From IMG/VR virus record IMGVR_UViG_3300030606_000005: 64,000 bases of DNA; one strand, given 5' to 3'. Positions within the stretch are counted from its first letter, which is position 1; the number at the start of each line of letters is the position of its first letter. This DNA is from an uncultured virus (IMG/VR IMGVR_UViG_3300030606_000005). Its lineage: Duplodnaviria > Heunggongvirae > Uroviricota > Caudoviricetes. Below are positions 28,689 through 38,193 of the stretch, piece after piece. Position numbers and translations under genes: made by a program. The notes beneath the pieces were generated by a model. The model ran no database searches. It was given only the letters and a program-made list of their open reading frames with translations, and was not told the origin of the DNA.

Positions 28689-30290
28689 ATGGCCGTACTG
28701 ACCACAGCTGAGGCCGTCATGGACGAGGCCGTCACTCGGGCGGCCCGCGAGTATTTGCGGGTATCCAAGGGCAACGGCCGCACCGCGCGCAGCATCCGGG
28801 ACCAGCACCGGGACAACCTTGCCACCGAGGCGGACCATGGTCCCTGGACTTGGGGGGAGCCGTACAAGGACACCGGATCGGCGTCCAAGTTCGCGCGCAA
28901 GATCCGAGACGATTTCGAGCGCATGCTGGCCGACCTCAGGTCCGGCCAGTTCGGTGGCCCGGGTGATGTGCTCGTGCTGTGGGAGATTTCCCGGCTCGCC
29001 CGCGAGACCGGCCGCGGCGTGGAACTCGTGGACGCCTGCGAGAAGGGCAGGTACCTGATCCACGTCACTTCTCACGAGCGCACCTACAACCCGGCCAACT
29101 ACCAGGACCGCCACAGTCTGATCGGCGGCATCAACGACGCGGAGAAGGAAGCCCGACTGCTGTCCGTCCGCACTCTGCGCGGCCTGAACTCCGCGGCCCG
29201 TGAGGGACGCCCGCAGGGGCAGGTTCCGTTCGGTTACCGGAGGGATTACGAGGTGGTGGACGGTCGTCCGCGCCCCGTGGCGCAGTACCCGGACCCGGAG
29301 ACCGCCCCCCTGGTCAAGGAGTTGTACGAACGCGTCGTGGGCGTGAACGGCAAGCTGCCGGAGCCCATGTACGCGATTGCTAAGGACTGGGAGGAGCGCG
29401 GGGTTGTCGGCAAGAACGGGAAGACGTTCACGCCCCAGAACCTCCGCTCGATGCTCCTCCGTCCGTCGAACGCCGGGCTGCGCAAGCACAACGGGGTGCT
29501 GGTGCCGGAGCAGTGGGATGGCTGGACGCCGGTCATCTCCCGTGACCTGTTCGATCGTGTCCAGGTGATCCTGTCCGATCCGTCGCGCCGCAAGTACACC
29601 GGCGAGCACATCCGGCATGTGCTGAGCATGACGCTGAAGTGCGGCGTGTGCGGCAGGGGCATGGTGGTACAGACCCGTAGGAAGCCGGGCGCCAAGGACG
29701 CCGTCGGGTACCAGTGCGGGCCGAGAGGGCACGTGTGGGTACCGAAGGCCCAGACCGACCGCATCCTCATCGGCGATCTCGACCCCGTCGACCCGGACAC
29801 GGGTGAGCTGCTCCCGCCGAAGTTGGGGACGATTCTGGAGTACCTGACCGCGCCCGACCGGTACGCGGGCCTACGGCATCGGCCCGACACGAGTGCGGAG
29901 GAGACGACACTCAGAGCCGAGCTGGCCCGGCTTCACGGTGAGCTGAAGGAGTTGGAGGAGGCGCCGCAGCCGAAGACTGCGCGTGCCCGTATCCGGCGCA
30001 CCAGCGACATCGAGGAACTGGAGACGGACGTCGCCGTCCTGGAGGCGAAACTGGGCACGCTCACCACCCCGGCTCCGCTCGCCGAACTGCTGCCGGACGA
30101 GCCGATCACCGATGTCGTGCGGTGGTGGCGAAGGGCCGGCGTGGAGAAGCAGCGGGCCATCGCCGCGCTGCTTCTCACACCGTCCATGTTGGGTGAAGTG
30201 CGGATCATGCCGTCACCGGTGCCCCGGGGCCATGCCCCGGTGGCGGAGCGGATGGCCGTGTACCGGGAGACGCTACCCGCTGCTGAGTAG
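28689..30290 (+). CDS. int: Large serine recombinase (integrase)
   Basis: YLRVS catalytic Ser, D.GSAS, WEISRLAR, PFGY, CGVCG zinc ribbon, coiled coil; GGAGG before ATG 28689. Confidence 0.93.
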   Translation: MAVLTTAEAVMDEAVTRAAREYLRVSKGNGRTARSIRDQHRDNLATEADHGPWTWGEPYKDTGSASKFARKIRDDFERMLADLRSGQFGGPGDVLVLWEISRLARETGRGVELVDACEKGRYLIHVTSHERTYNPANYQDRHSLIGGINDAEKEARLLSVRTLRGLNSAAREGRPQGQVPFGYRRDYEVVDGRPRPVAQYPDPETAPLVKELYERVVGVNGKLPEPMYAIAKDWEERGVVGKNGKTFTPQNLRSMLLRPSNAGLRKHNGVLVPEQWDGWTPVISRDLFDRVQVILSDPSRRKYTGEHIRHVLSMTLKCGVCGRGMVVQTRRKPGAKDAVGYQCGPRGHVWVPKAQTDRILIGDLDPVDPDTGELLPPKLGTILEYLTAPDRYAGLRHRPDTSAEETTLRAELARLHGELKELEEAPQPKTARARIRRTSDIEELETDVAVLEAKLGTLTTPAPLAELLPDEPITDVVRWWRRAGVEKQRAIAALLLTPSMLGEVRIMPSPVPRGHAPVAERMAVYRETLPAAE

Positions 30291-31193
30291 GCGCGTCTCC
30301 TCGTCCGGTGGTGTGGCGGCCGTGATGCACGGGGACGGCTCGGCCGATGGCGTCGGCGGAAGGCTCTCCGGCTGGCCGGGCGGCGGCCTTTCCGACGGGG
30401 TGGCTGCCTCCGCCAGCCCCGGACCGTCTGCGGGAGAACCGTCAGGGTGCGGTGAGGCGATGTAGCTGGGAGGGGCCTCTTCGGTCGGCCCCGGTGCTCC
30501 GGCATCCTCCGTGTACCGGGTGCTGGGGCTGGCGACGGGGGTGGTGCTCCTGCTGGGCAGCGGTGGGGGGGAAGCCGGTGACGCGGCGGTAGGTGTAGTG
30601 CCGCTGTGTGCCGGATGTGGCGCAGGGAGCCAGGGATGCGGCTGGCCGGGCGGCGCTGCGGGTGCGGAGGGTTGTGGCCCGATGTGATCAGCCGTGCTGA
30701 TCCACGGGGTGATGGCCAGGGCTGTGACCGCCGTGCCGGTGACGGCGGTCCCGGCTATCGCGCTGACTAGGTGACTGCGGTGCATGGCGAGTGCCTCACG
30801 AGCCGCCGTGCCTGCGGTTGCCGCGATAGCGAGAGCCCCGCCGAGGTGCAGTCCGAGGTGCTTCTTGCGCCGGACTGGGCCCGGCCGGGGTGGGGGGGAG
30901 GGGGCAGGGCCGCCGCTGACGGCGACGGCTCGCCGGGGTAGTTCGTCGTCGGGTTCGGTGAGTAGGTGTCTCAGTGCTGTCACGTGGGCTCGCTGGGCGC
31001 GCATCTGCCTGTCGATCCCTGTGATCTGCCGCCTCAACTCGGCTATGTCGCCGAGCAGGCGCCGCAAGAACAGACCCTCAGTGATGATGATGACGCCGAG
31101 CGCGCTCGCGAAAATGACCATGGCCATTCCCATCCCCACTATGTGCGTGCGCGTCAGGCTCCATACATGTCGGTGAATGTACGGATCAGTCAT
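30273..31193 (-). CDS. Membrane protein with coiled coil and Pro-rich C-terminus
   Basis: N-terminal TM, coiled coil, second hydrophobic segment; downstream of repressor. Confidence 0.6.
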   Translation of the reverse strand: MTDPYIHRHVWSLTRTHIVGMGMAMVIFASALGVIIITEGLFLRRLLGDIAELRRQITGIDRQMRAQRAHVTALRHLLTEPDDELPRRAVAVSGGPAPSPPPRPGPVRRKKHLGLHLGGALAIAATAGTAAREALAMHRSHLVSAIAGTAVTGTAVTALAITPWISTADHIGPQPSAPAAPPGQPHPWLPAPHPAHSGTTPTAASPASPPPLPSRSTTPVASPSTRYTEDAGAPGPTEEAPPSYIASPHPDGSPADGPGLAEAATPSERPPPGQPESLPPTPSAEPSPCITAATPPDEETRLLSSG

Positions 31194-31271
31194 CTTGTAC
31201 CGGATGTGACTCGCGTCACCTCCACCCCGAAGGGTCGTGACTCAACCGTTACCAAGCTTTGGCCAGTGCAG

Positions 31272-31766
31272 TCATCCTGCGTGACGGGGGTGCTGTGGGC
31301 CGCTGGCCTTGCGTGTCCGACGCCGGACGGTGGCCTCGTAGTCGGCGGCGATCTCCCGCAGCAGCTCCGGGACGTCCTCTTCGTCGACGTCCTCCAGGGC
31401 GGCATCGATCATGCGGCGCACATGCGGCGGCGCCGTCCGCAGCGCCTCCGGGAGTGGCGGTGACTGCCGGTCCTGCTGGCGCTCCATCTCCCTGAGAATC
31501 TCCGCTGCTGCCGGGTTGTGCTCCTGCATCCTCTCGGCGCTCACGCCGACGGTCCGCGCCATCGCTGCAACGGTCGACGGCTTCCCGGGCACGTCGACGC
31601 GCTTCGCGCCGGCCCCCCGGTAGCCGGCCTCGACGTGCCGCCAGCTGGATCCGCTGAACTTGAAGGGCATGCGCGCGGCGGCTGTCTCGGGGCTGATGCC
31701 TTGCGCTTCGCGGGCCAGCTTGATCAGTGCCCCGTGACCCGGCGGGCCGTGTTCCCGGTCTGCCAT
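31272..31766 (-). CDS. Putative immunity repressor (XRE-like HTH)
   Basis: LIKLAREAQGISPETAAAR...SWRHVEAG; divergent from the Cro-like gene. Confidence 0.75.
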   Translation of the reverse strand: MADREHGPPGHGALIKLAREAQGISPETAAARMPFKFSGSSWRHVEAGYRGAGAKRVDVPGKPSTVAAMARTVGVSAERMQEHNPAAAEILREMERQQDRQSPPLPEALRTAPPHVRRMIDAALEDVDEEDVPELLREIAADYEATVRRRTRKASGPQHPRHAG

Positions 31767-31874
31767 CTCTGAATCCTTCCCCCTCGCGCCACTCGTACTT
31801 TCTCGAACTTTATTGAAGTGCAGCAGGTCACGCGAGGGCATGCACGAGCCCTTCACATTGAGAACGATTAAGTC

Positions 31875-31914
31875 CGACTAGCCACTTGTAGTTAGTCGTA
31901 CATGGTCGTAATCT
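31875..31914 (+). promoter_or_regulatory. Leaderless promoter for the Cro-like gene with overlapping inverted repeat
   Basis: TTGTAG (31886), 17 nt, TAATCT (31909), 7 nt, ATG; IR cgactagc...gttagtcg 31875-31898. Confidence 0.55.
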
Positions 31915-31921
31915 CGTCCGT

Positions 31922-32164
31922 ATGAACGAAGACCCGAAGAGCTTCCGCCGTCGGCGGGTCGAAGCCGGTCTGAGCCTCACGGACCTTGCGAAGCAGGTAG
32001 GGGTCAGTACGAGCCACCTCTCCGACGTCGAGAACGGACGGGCGGGCTTCTCCCCGAAGAACCTCAAGAAGATCGCCGACGCACTCGGCTGCACCATCCG
32101 TGACCTCCTGCTCCCCGACCCGGAGGACGAACCCGACACCACGGCCTCACGGAGCGCGGCCTGA
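31922..32164 (+). CDS. Cro-like XRE HTH protein
   Basis: GLSLTDLAKQVGVSTSHLSDVENG. Confidence 0.9.
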   Translation: MNEDPKSFRRRRVEAGLSLTDLAKQVGVSTSHLSDVENGRAGFSPKNLKKIADALGCTIRDLLLPDPEDEPDTTASRSAA

Positions 32165-32282
32165 TGCGCGCCCGCATCGACGCCGTGTGCCGGTGGCTTT
32201 GCCACTGCGGGCACCGCAACCCCATCTGGCGGGCCCAGTGCCGCGTATGCGGCGCCGACCGCGAGTTCAAGGCAGGCCTGGC

Positions 32283-32480
32283 ATGAACGGCCGCAGCCCC
32301 GGCGAAGTCGTCCTGCGTATCCGGCCCGGCGAGTCGGAAACCGACTTCGCCCGGCGAGTCGCCCATACCGCGCCGCCGACACCGACCCACGTCATGGACC
32401 GGCTGCGCGCGCTGCTGGCTCCCACAGCCTCGGCCACCGACAGCAGTCCGCCCCGGCGGAATCTGCACCACGCCGCCTGA
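32283..32480 (+). CDS. Hypothetical protein
   Basis: MNGRSPGEVVLRIRPGESE. Confidence 0.45.
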   Translation: MNGRSPGEVVLRIRPGESETDFARRVAHTAPPTPTHVMDRLRALLAPTASATDSSPPRRNLHHAA

Positions 32481-32556
32481 CAAACGAGAGGGCCCGCCGG
32501 AGGCGCATCCGACGAGCCCTGGCCCACCAGCCATTCATCACGAGAAGACGAAGTAG

Positions 32557-32835
32557 GTGGACCCGATGCAAACCAGCATCGCACACGCCCCCCGCGCGAG
32601 CGGCGGTACGAGCGCACCCGAGGTGGAGAACGGTGACCTCCGCGACCTCCTGGCCGCGATCCGTGACGCCCTCGACCTGCCGCCCGGCAACCGCCGTCCG
32701 GCCCTGCTCGACGGCCGCGTCCTGCTGGTCCTCGGCACGGTCCGCGATGTCCTCGACGGTCGGGCCCCGTTCATTCCGTACGAGACCGAGCTGCTGCGGC
32801 AGAAGGTCGCCGAGGGCGGAGGCGGCCATGCCTGA
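32557..32835 (+). CDS. Hypothetical protein
   Basis: LRDLLAAIRDALDLP; coupled downstream. Confidence 0.6.
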   Translation: MDPMQTSIAHAPRASGGTSAPEVENGDLRDLLAAIRDALDLPPGNRRPALLDGRVLLVLGTVRDVLDGRAPFIPYETELLRQKVAEGGGGHA

Positions 32836-33226
32836 GCCGCTGTCCGACGCGTATCTGAAGGAGATTCAGGACCGGGTCACCGCCGTGCCGAAGGGCCCGT
32901 GGAAGGTCGAGCCGAACGACTACGGCATTCCGGACTCGGTGGGCCCGGTGGCCTTCATCCAGACGTGGGCCGACTCCCAGCTACTGCCGACCGTCGAGTT
33001 CATCGGGCACGCGCGCACCGACCTCCCGGCCCTGATCGGCGAGGTCGCCCGGCTGAAGGACCGCATCCGCGTGCTGGAGAGCACGGCGCCGCGCTGCGAG
33101 AACGTGAGCCGCCATCAGCGCGCGTGCGACCTCCCGCTCGGTCACGACGGGGATCACCAGCGCACCGACCGCCATGTCGGCCTGGTCCGTTGGCCTGCTG
33201 CGGAGGTTGAGCGTGATGGCTGCTGA
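32828..33226 (+). CDS. Hypothetical protein (Ead/Ea22-like motif)
   Basis: PKGPW...EFIGHARTDLPALIGEVARL. Confidence 0.6.
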   Translation: MPEPLSDAYLKEIQDRVTAVPKGPWKVEPNDYGIPDSVGPVAFIQTWADSQLLPTVEFIGHARTDLPALIGEVARLKDRIRVLESTAPRCENVSRHQRACDLPLGHDGDHQRTDRHVGLVRWPAAEVERDGC

Positions 33227-33878
33227 CAACCCCGCCTTCCCCTGGGCGCGTACGTACGACGCCGACCAAGTGTCCGCGTTCATCGACGACTTGTGGGGCG
33301 CGGCGTCTGGGGACAACGACCTCGCCACCCTGGACGCGATCGAGAAGGTCATCGCCGCGCACCGGCCGGCCCCGGTGCCGTGCCCGCTCAGCATGCGCGA
33401 GATCGAGATCCTGACCGAGATCGCCTCCGGCGAGACGTGCGAGAGCGCCGCCGGGAACCTGGGCCTCACCGTGGATTCCGTGCGCAGCCGGTGCTCCGAC
33501 ATCTACACCCGGCTCGGTGCGCGGTGCGCGGCACAGGCGACGGCCATCGCCGCACACCACGGATGGCTGCCCGACCTGCGGACCCCGGCCCCTGTCGCCC
33601 GGGTTCCGAAGCTGCCCCCTCACACCTGGAAGACCATCTACCGCGAACGCGCCGCCGAGATGCGGAAGAAGCCCGGCGAGGTCGTGGAGATCGGCCCGTA
33701 CGGATCGCGGGACGGGGCACGCAGGGGCGCTCTGCGTATCAGCCAAGGCCTCCTCGACGTCTTCCGGCCCGCCGGTTTCTTCGAGGCCGAAGCCATCCCC
33801 ACCGACCATGCCCGGTGGATCGTCCGCGCCCGTTACATCGGCGCCCCCGTCAACACCGCACAGAAGGCAGTGTCATGA
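33216..33878 (+). CDS. LuxR-type HTH protein with extra C-terminal domain
   Basis: PLSMREIEILTEIASGET...LGLTVDSVRS..IYTRLGA. Confidence 0.8.
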   Translation: MAADNPAFPWARTYDADQVSAFIDDLWGAASGDNDLATLDAIEKVIAAHRPAPVPCPLSMREIEILTEIASGETCESAAGNLGLTVDSVRSRCSDIYTRLGARCAAQATAIAAHHGWLPDLRTPAPVARVPKLPPHTWKTIYRERAAEMRKKPGEVVEIGPYGSRDGARRGALRISQGLLDVFRPAGFFEAEAIPTDHARWIVRARYIGAPVNTAQKAVS

Positions 33879-34351
33879 CCGCTCTCCGCCACGCGATCAT
33901 CAGCGTCGACGGTGAACTCACTCACCACGACGGCCGGTTGGACTGGGACACGGTCATCGGCCCCGAGGGCAAGTCCCGCATCCATCTGCCCGGTCTCGCC
34001 GTGGCGGGGTGGGCGAACGACGTCGGCCTGCTCTTTCCGAAGCGCTACCCCCGGAACGTCGTCGGCTCGTGTGTCCTCGCCGCCCTCGGTGCCCGCGTGC
34101 AGCCGTACGCCAGTCCGATCGTGTTCACCGGATGGAACCCCGGCAACACCCCGCTCGGCCTGCTGGAGATCGAGCCGCTGCCCAAGCCCGTCGAGCATCT
34201 CGACACCGTGCACGGCGACGTCCTCAAGGCCCTCGCCGGACAGACCCCCCGCGACACGCCCCCGAGCTGGGCCGAGCAGATGCGGAAGATCGCCGACCGC
34301 GCCCGTACGGGCCCCACTCCCGGCATCACGATCCGGACGGTGAGGCTGTGA
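33875..34351 (+). CDS. Hypothetical protein
   Basis: ATGA overlap. Confidence 0.6.
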   Translation: MTALRHAIISVDGELTHHDGRLDWDTVIGPEGKSRIHLPGLAVAGWANDVGLLFPKRYPRNVVGSCVLAALGARVQPYASPIVFTGWNPGNTPLGLLEIEPLPKPVEHLDTVHGDVLKALAGQTPRDTPPSWAEQMRKIADRARTGPTPGITIRTVRL

Positions 34352-34659
34352 CGACCACAGTCGACATCCGCTTCGAGTCCCCCGCGCCGGGCCTCCCGCT
34401 TCCGGCCGAGGACCGCGACGCCTTCATTGACGCACTGCGTTGGCGTCCGGGGATCTGGGCGCTCATGGGCCAGCACCGGTCCGCGGGTGCGGCACGGCAG
34501 CTGGCTTACTGCATCCGCAACTCGCTGCGCCCCTGGACCCATCTCGCTGCCGGAGTCTTCGACGCCGAGTCGAAGACCGTCATGGGTGAACACCGCGTGT
34601 ACGTCCGCTACTTGGGCCAGCGCACCCCGCACGTCTCCAGCGAGGTGACCGGCCGATGA
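34348..34659 (+). CDS. Hypothetical protein
   Basis: GTGA overlap; shares a domain with the 33216 C-terminus and 40569. Confidence 0.6.
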   Translation: MTTTVDIRFESPAPGLPLPAEDRDAFIDALRWRPGIWALMGQHRSAGAARQLAYCIRNSLRPWTHLAAGVFDAESKTVMGEHRVYVRYLGQRTPHVSSEVTGR

Positions 34660-36026
34660 AGACCACCCGCCCGGCGTCAACGCCATCCGCCGTCGTCGTA
34701 CGCGTGGCCGCTGCGGAAGCCAAGGCAGGAGAGGGGCACTCCCCTTGTGCCGCCCCCGAGACTCTGCCTGCGCCGGGCGGGAACCCGACCACTCGCCCGG
34801 AGTCAACGCCACCCGCAGCCGCAACGGACAGGCCGGCTGCGGGAGCCAAGGCCGGAGAGGAGCCGCGACGCACTCAGGCTCCGGAGACCCTGCCTGCTCC
34901 GGGCGAGTCCCCCGCCGGGACGACGGCAACCCCCACGGTCGTCGTCCCGGCCACCGCGCCGGAGGCCCACCCCCCGGCCTCCGGCGCGGCACCCCTCGCC
35001 ACACCGACCGCCCGGCTCGTGCTGCCCGCCGGAGCCGCTGAAGGCGACTGGCATGCCGTACGCCGCACGGGTGTGGGCGGCTCTGACGTCGCGGCGATCC
35101 TCGGTATGGACTCGTACGGCGGTGCCCTGCGCGTGTGGCTGGAGAAGACCGGCCAGGCCCGCCCGCAACGTGACGCCCGGCTGGAGCGTGCCGCGCGGCG
35201 CGGGCAGCGGCTCGAAGGGCTCGTCGCGGAGTTCTTCTCCGAGGACTCCGGGCTGACCGTTCTGGACTCGCCGGGCACTCTCCAGCACGTCGACCACCCG
35301 CACTGGATCGCCAACCCGGACCGGCTCACCGTCCCTGTCGGCGGCGGCCGGGATGACCTCGGTGTGCTGGAGTGCAAGTCCCGTACGTGGCGCTCCGCCC
35401 GCACCGAAGGCTGGCACGGCGAGCAGGCACCCGACAGGCCCGCCATCCAAGCCCACTGGTATCTCACCGTCTCCGGCTACCGGCACGCCCACGTCGCCGG
35501 GCTCATCGACGACGACCTTGAGTGGTTCCGCCTCGAACGCGACGACGAACTGTGCGGACTGCTAGCCGACGCCGTCGACCGGTTCTGGCACGACCACGTG
35601 CAGGCCGGCATCCCGCCGAAGCCCGACGGCTCGCAGGCCACTGCTGAGTTGCTCGCCCGGCTGTGGGACGCCCGCGAGGACGCCACCGTCGAAGTCGATC
35701 CGGTCGAGTCGATGCTGCTGAAGCAGCGGCGCCGGGAGCTGAAGGAACAGCTGACAGAGCTGGGTGACGAACTCGGCGAAGTCGAGAACCAGATGCGTGC
35801 GAACGCTGGTGACGCAGAGGTCGCCACGATCGGCGGCCGTACGGCCTACACGTGGCGGCAGAACGGCCAGTTCGCCCACGCCCGCTTCCGCGAGGCAGAG
35901 CCCGAACTCGCCGCCGCCTACACCCACCTCGTCCCAGCCGTCGATGCCGAACGCCTGGCTGCGGACCACCCCGAGACCTACCGCAATTTCCGGGCGCGCG
36001 TGCTGCGCGTGCCCTCGGAAGGATGA
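34656..36026 (+). CDS. YqaJ-like exonuclease (recombination)
   Basis: RRTGVGGSDVAAILG, ANPDR, LECKS, QAHWY; Pro/Ala-rich duplicated N-terminus. Confidence 0.9.
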   Translation: MKTTRPASTPSAVVVRVAAAEAKAGEGHSPCAAPETLPAPGGNPTTRPESTPPAAATDRPAAGAKAGEEPRRTQAPETLPAPGESPAGTTATPTVVVPATAPEAHPPASGAAPLATPTARLVLPAGAAEGDWHAVRRTGVGGSDVAAILGMDSYGGALRVWLEKTGQARPQRDARLERAARRGQRLEGLVAEFFSEDSGLTVLDSPGTLQHVDHPHWIANPDRLTVPVGGGRDDLGVLECKSRTWRSARTEGWHGEQAPDRPAIQAHWYLTVSGYRHAHVAGLIDDDLEWFRLERDDELCGLLADAVDRFWHDHVQAGIPPKPDGSQATAELLARLWDAREDATVEVDPVESMLLKQRRRELKEQLTELGDELGEVENQMRANAGDAEVATIGGRTAYTWRQNGQFAHARFREAEPELAAAYTHLVPAVDAERLAADHPETYRNFRARVLRVPSEG

Positions 36027-36940
36027 CCATGTCCGAGCTGAAAGACCGTGTGAAGCAGGCCGCCGGAGCCGACGAGCAGCCGGAGCAGGCGCCGGTCACC
36101 GACCTCGCCGTCAACGACAGCGCCCGGCAGTGGCTTCAGCGCCGCCAGACGTACTTCACTGACGCGCTGCCCCGGCACGTCGACCAGGCCCACTTCATGG
36201 CCGTCGCGCAGGCCGCGATGGAGAAGCTGAAGGACTGCACGCCCGCGAGCATCCACACCGCGCTCCTGGCCTGCTGCCGCTTTGGCCTGGAGCCCGACGG
36301 CCGCCAGGCCGCCATCGTCCCCTACGGGGACGTCGCGACGTTCCAGCCCATGTACGAGGGCTACATCGAGCTGATGTACCGGCACGATCGCGTGGACTCG
36401 GTGCACTTCAACTGGATCCGGGAGAAGGACCAGTGGGACTACACCCCGACGGAGCCGTCCCCGCGCGATTTCTTCCATAAGCCGCGCGTCGACCTCACGG
36501 AGGAAGAGCGCGGCAAGGTCATCCTGGCGTACGCGTTCGCCTGGATCGACGGCCGCCGCTCCCAGGTCATCATCCTCAACCGCGACCAGGCCGAGAAGAT
36601 CCGCGACAAGTACTCCAAGGCGTACAAGAAGGCTGAGCGCAACAGCAAGAAGGACTCAGCCTGGCACACCGACTTCGACGCCATGTGGGCCAAGTCCTGC
36701 GTGCTGCGCCTCCGGAAGGTCGTGCCCACGTCGACCGAACTGGCCGCGCTGATGCAGGCGGACGACGACATCGACGACACCCAGTCCGCCCCACCGGTCA
36801 TCCGGGGCACCGTCATCTCCCGCGACGACCAGGCCGAGGGCGGCGAGCAGCAGCCTCAGGCGTCCAGCTGGCCGTCCGCTGCCCAACCCGGCTCCGGCCC
36901 GCGCGAGGCCGACGGCAGTGAGGGCGGTGAGTCGGCATGA
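36023..36940 (+). CDS. recT: RecT-family ssDNA annealing protein
   Basis: CTPASI, GLEPDG, IVPYG, YEGYIEL, WHTDFDAMWAKS motifs; follows YqaJ. Confidence 0.9.
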   Translation: MTMSELKDRVKQAAGADEQPEQAPVTDLAVNDSARQWLQRRQTYFTDALPRHVDQAHFMAVAQAAMEKLKDCTPASIHTALLACCRFGLEPDGRQAAIVPYGDVATFQPMYEGYIELMYRHDRVDSVHFNWIREKDQWDYTPTEPSPRDFFHKPRVDLTEEERGKVILAYAFAWIDGRRSQVIILNRDQAEKIRDKYSKAYKKAERNSKKDSAWHTDFDAMWAKSCVLRLRKVVPTSTELAALMQADDDIDDTQSAPPVIRGTVISRDDQAEGGEQQPQASSWPSAAQPGSGPREADGSEGGESA

Positions 36941-37137
36941 AGACTCGTCTCCGCGGCTTCAACGGCCATCCGACGACGCTGACCGTCGGCTCGTGCCCCA
37001 CCTGCGGCAAGGCGGGCTACGTCTCCCGCCGGGAGGCCAAACGGGCCGCGCGGGGCATGTTCCCGGGCACCCACCACAAGGCTGTGAAGTGCGGGCAGTG
37101 GTGGCACATCCAGCGCGTGTGGGGTGAGACCCGGTGA
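36937..37137 (+). CDS. Small CxxC protein
   Basis: CPTCGKAGY..RREAKRAAR; coupled. Confidence 0.55.
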   Translation: MKTRLRGFNGHPTTLTVGSCPTCGKAGYVSRREAKRAARGMFPGTHHKAVKCGQWWHIQRVWGETR

Positions 37138-37619
37138 CCGCGCCCGCCCTTCACCTCACGGTGTACGGCACCCCGGGCCCGCAGGGATCGAAGACCCGCA
37201 ACGCTCACGGCGCGATGTACGAGTCTTCGGCCAAGGTCAAGCCGTGGCGCGAGGCGGTGAAGACGGCCGCACTCGACGCGCTCCACCACGACGACGCGTG
37301 GGCGGCGCTCGACGGTGCGGTGTGGCTGGACGTGCAGTTCAGCCTGCGACGCCCGAAGCACCACTACGGCACGGGTCGCAACGCGGGCCGGCTGAAGCCG
37401 TCCGCGCCGCCGTACCCGACCGGCAAGCCCGACCTCGACAAGTTCGTCCGTTCCACTCAGGACGCCTTGAAGGACGCCGGGGTGCTCGCCGACGACAGCG
37501 TCGTCGCCAGTCTGTCCGCCTCCAAGGTCTTCGTGCTCTGGGGCGACGCCCTCCGTACGCCCGGCGCCGTCATCAAGGTCTGGCGCCTGACCGACTTCCT
37601 GAAGGAGCCCCAGACGTGA
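37134..37619 (+). CDS. rusA: RusA-family Holliday junction resolvase
   Basis: GTPGPQGSK, KPDLDKFVRSTQDAL, DDSVV. Confidence 0.9.
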   Translation: MTAPALHLTVYGTPGPQGSKTRNAHGAMYESSAKVKPWREAVKTAALDALHHDDAWAALDGAVWLDVQFSLRRPKHHYGTGRNAGRLKPSAPPYPTGKPDLDKFVRSTQDALKDAGVLADDSVVASLSASKVFVLWGDALRTPGAVIKVWRLTDFLKEPQT

Positions 37620-38134
37620 CGCAGATGAAGTTCGTCGCCCGTGTGTCCGCGTCGGCGCAAGAGGCGCTGGAGCCGCACGTGCGGCCGATGTACGACCAGC
37701 CCGGCAGCCGCCGTATGGCGATCATCGAGTTCGCGACGATCGAGCGGACCGAGCCCGCGCCCGGCAGCGAGACAGAGCCCTCGGTGAAGGTCCGGATCAT
37801 GGGCCTGGAGGTGCCGAACAAGGAGCAGGAGGGCGCGATCCGTGAGGCGCAGCGCTTCCTCCATCTCCAGCGGACCGCGCGCGGCACGCTCGACGACGAC
37901 GGGCAGCTCGAACTCAGCGACTCCACGCTGCGGCTGACCGGCGGAATGCTCGCCTACCTGGAGACGGCCCGGCTCCGCGCCGGACTCGCCCACTGGCGCG
38001 ACTACGCCCAACGCCTCGTCCACGGCCCGGACCTGACGGTCACCGAGGTACGGCACGAGATGCAGGCCCTCGCCGAAGGACTCACCGCCGTGCTCAACAC
38101 CGCGCGCGACCACGACGACAGCGGCGACGCCTGA
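37616..38134 (+). CDS. Hypothetical protein
   Basis: Coupled; AAGGAG RBS. Confidence 0.6.
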   Translation: MTQMKFVARVSASAQEALEPHVRPMYDQPGSRRMAIIEFATIERTEPAPGSETEPSVKVRIMGLEVPNKEQEGAIREAQRFLHLQRTARGTLDDDGQLELSDSTLRLTGGMLAYLETARLRAGLAHWRDYAQRLVHGPDLTVTEVRHEMQALAEGLTAVLNTARDHDDSGDA

Positions 38135-38193
38135 CTCCCATGACGCGCCCATGAGACGCCCCTGACCCCGAGCCCAGCCAGCCCCGAAGGGAG

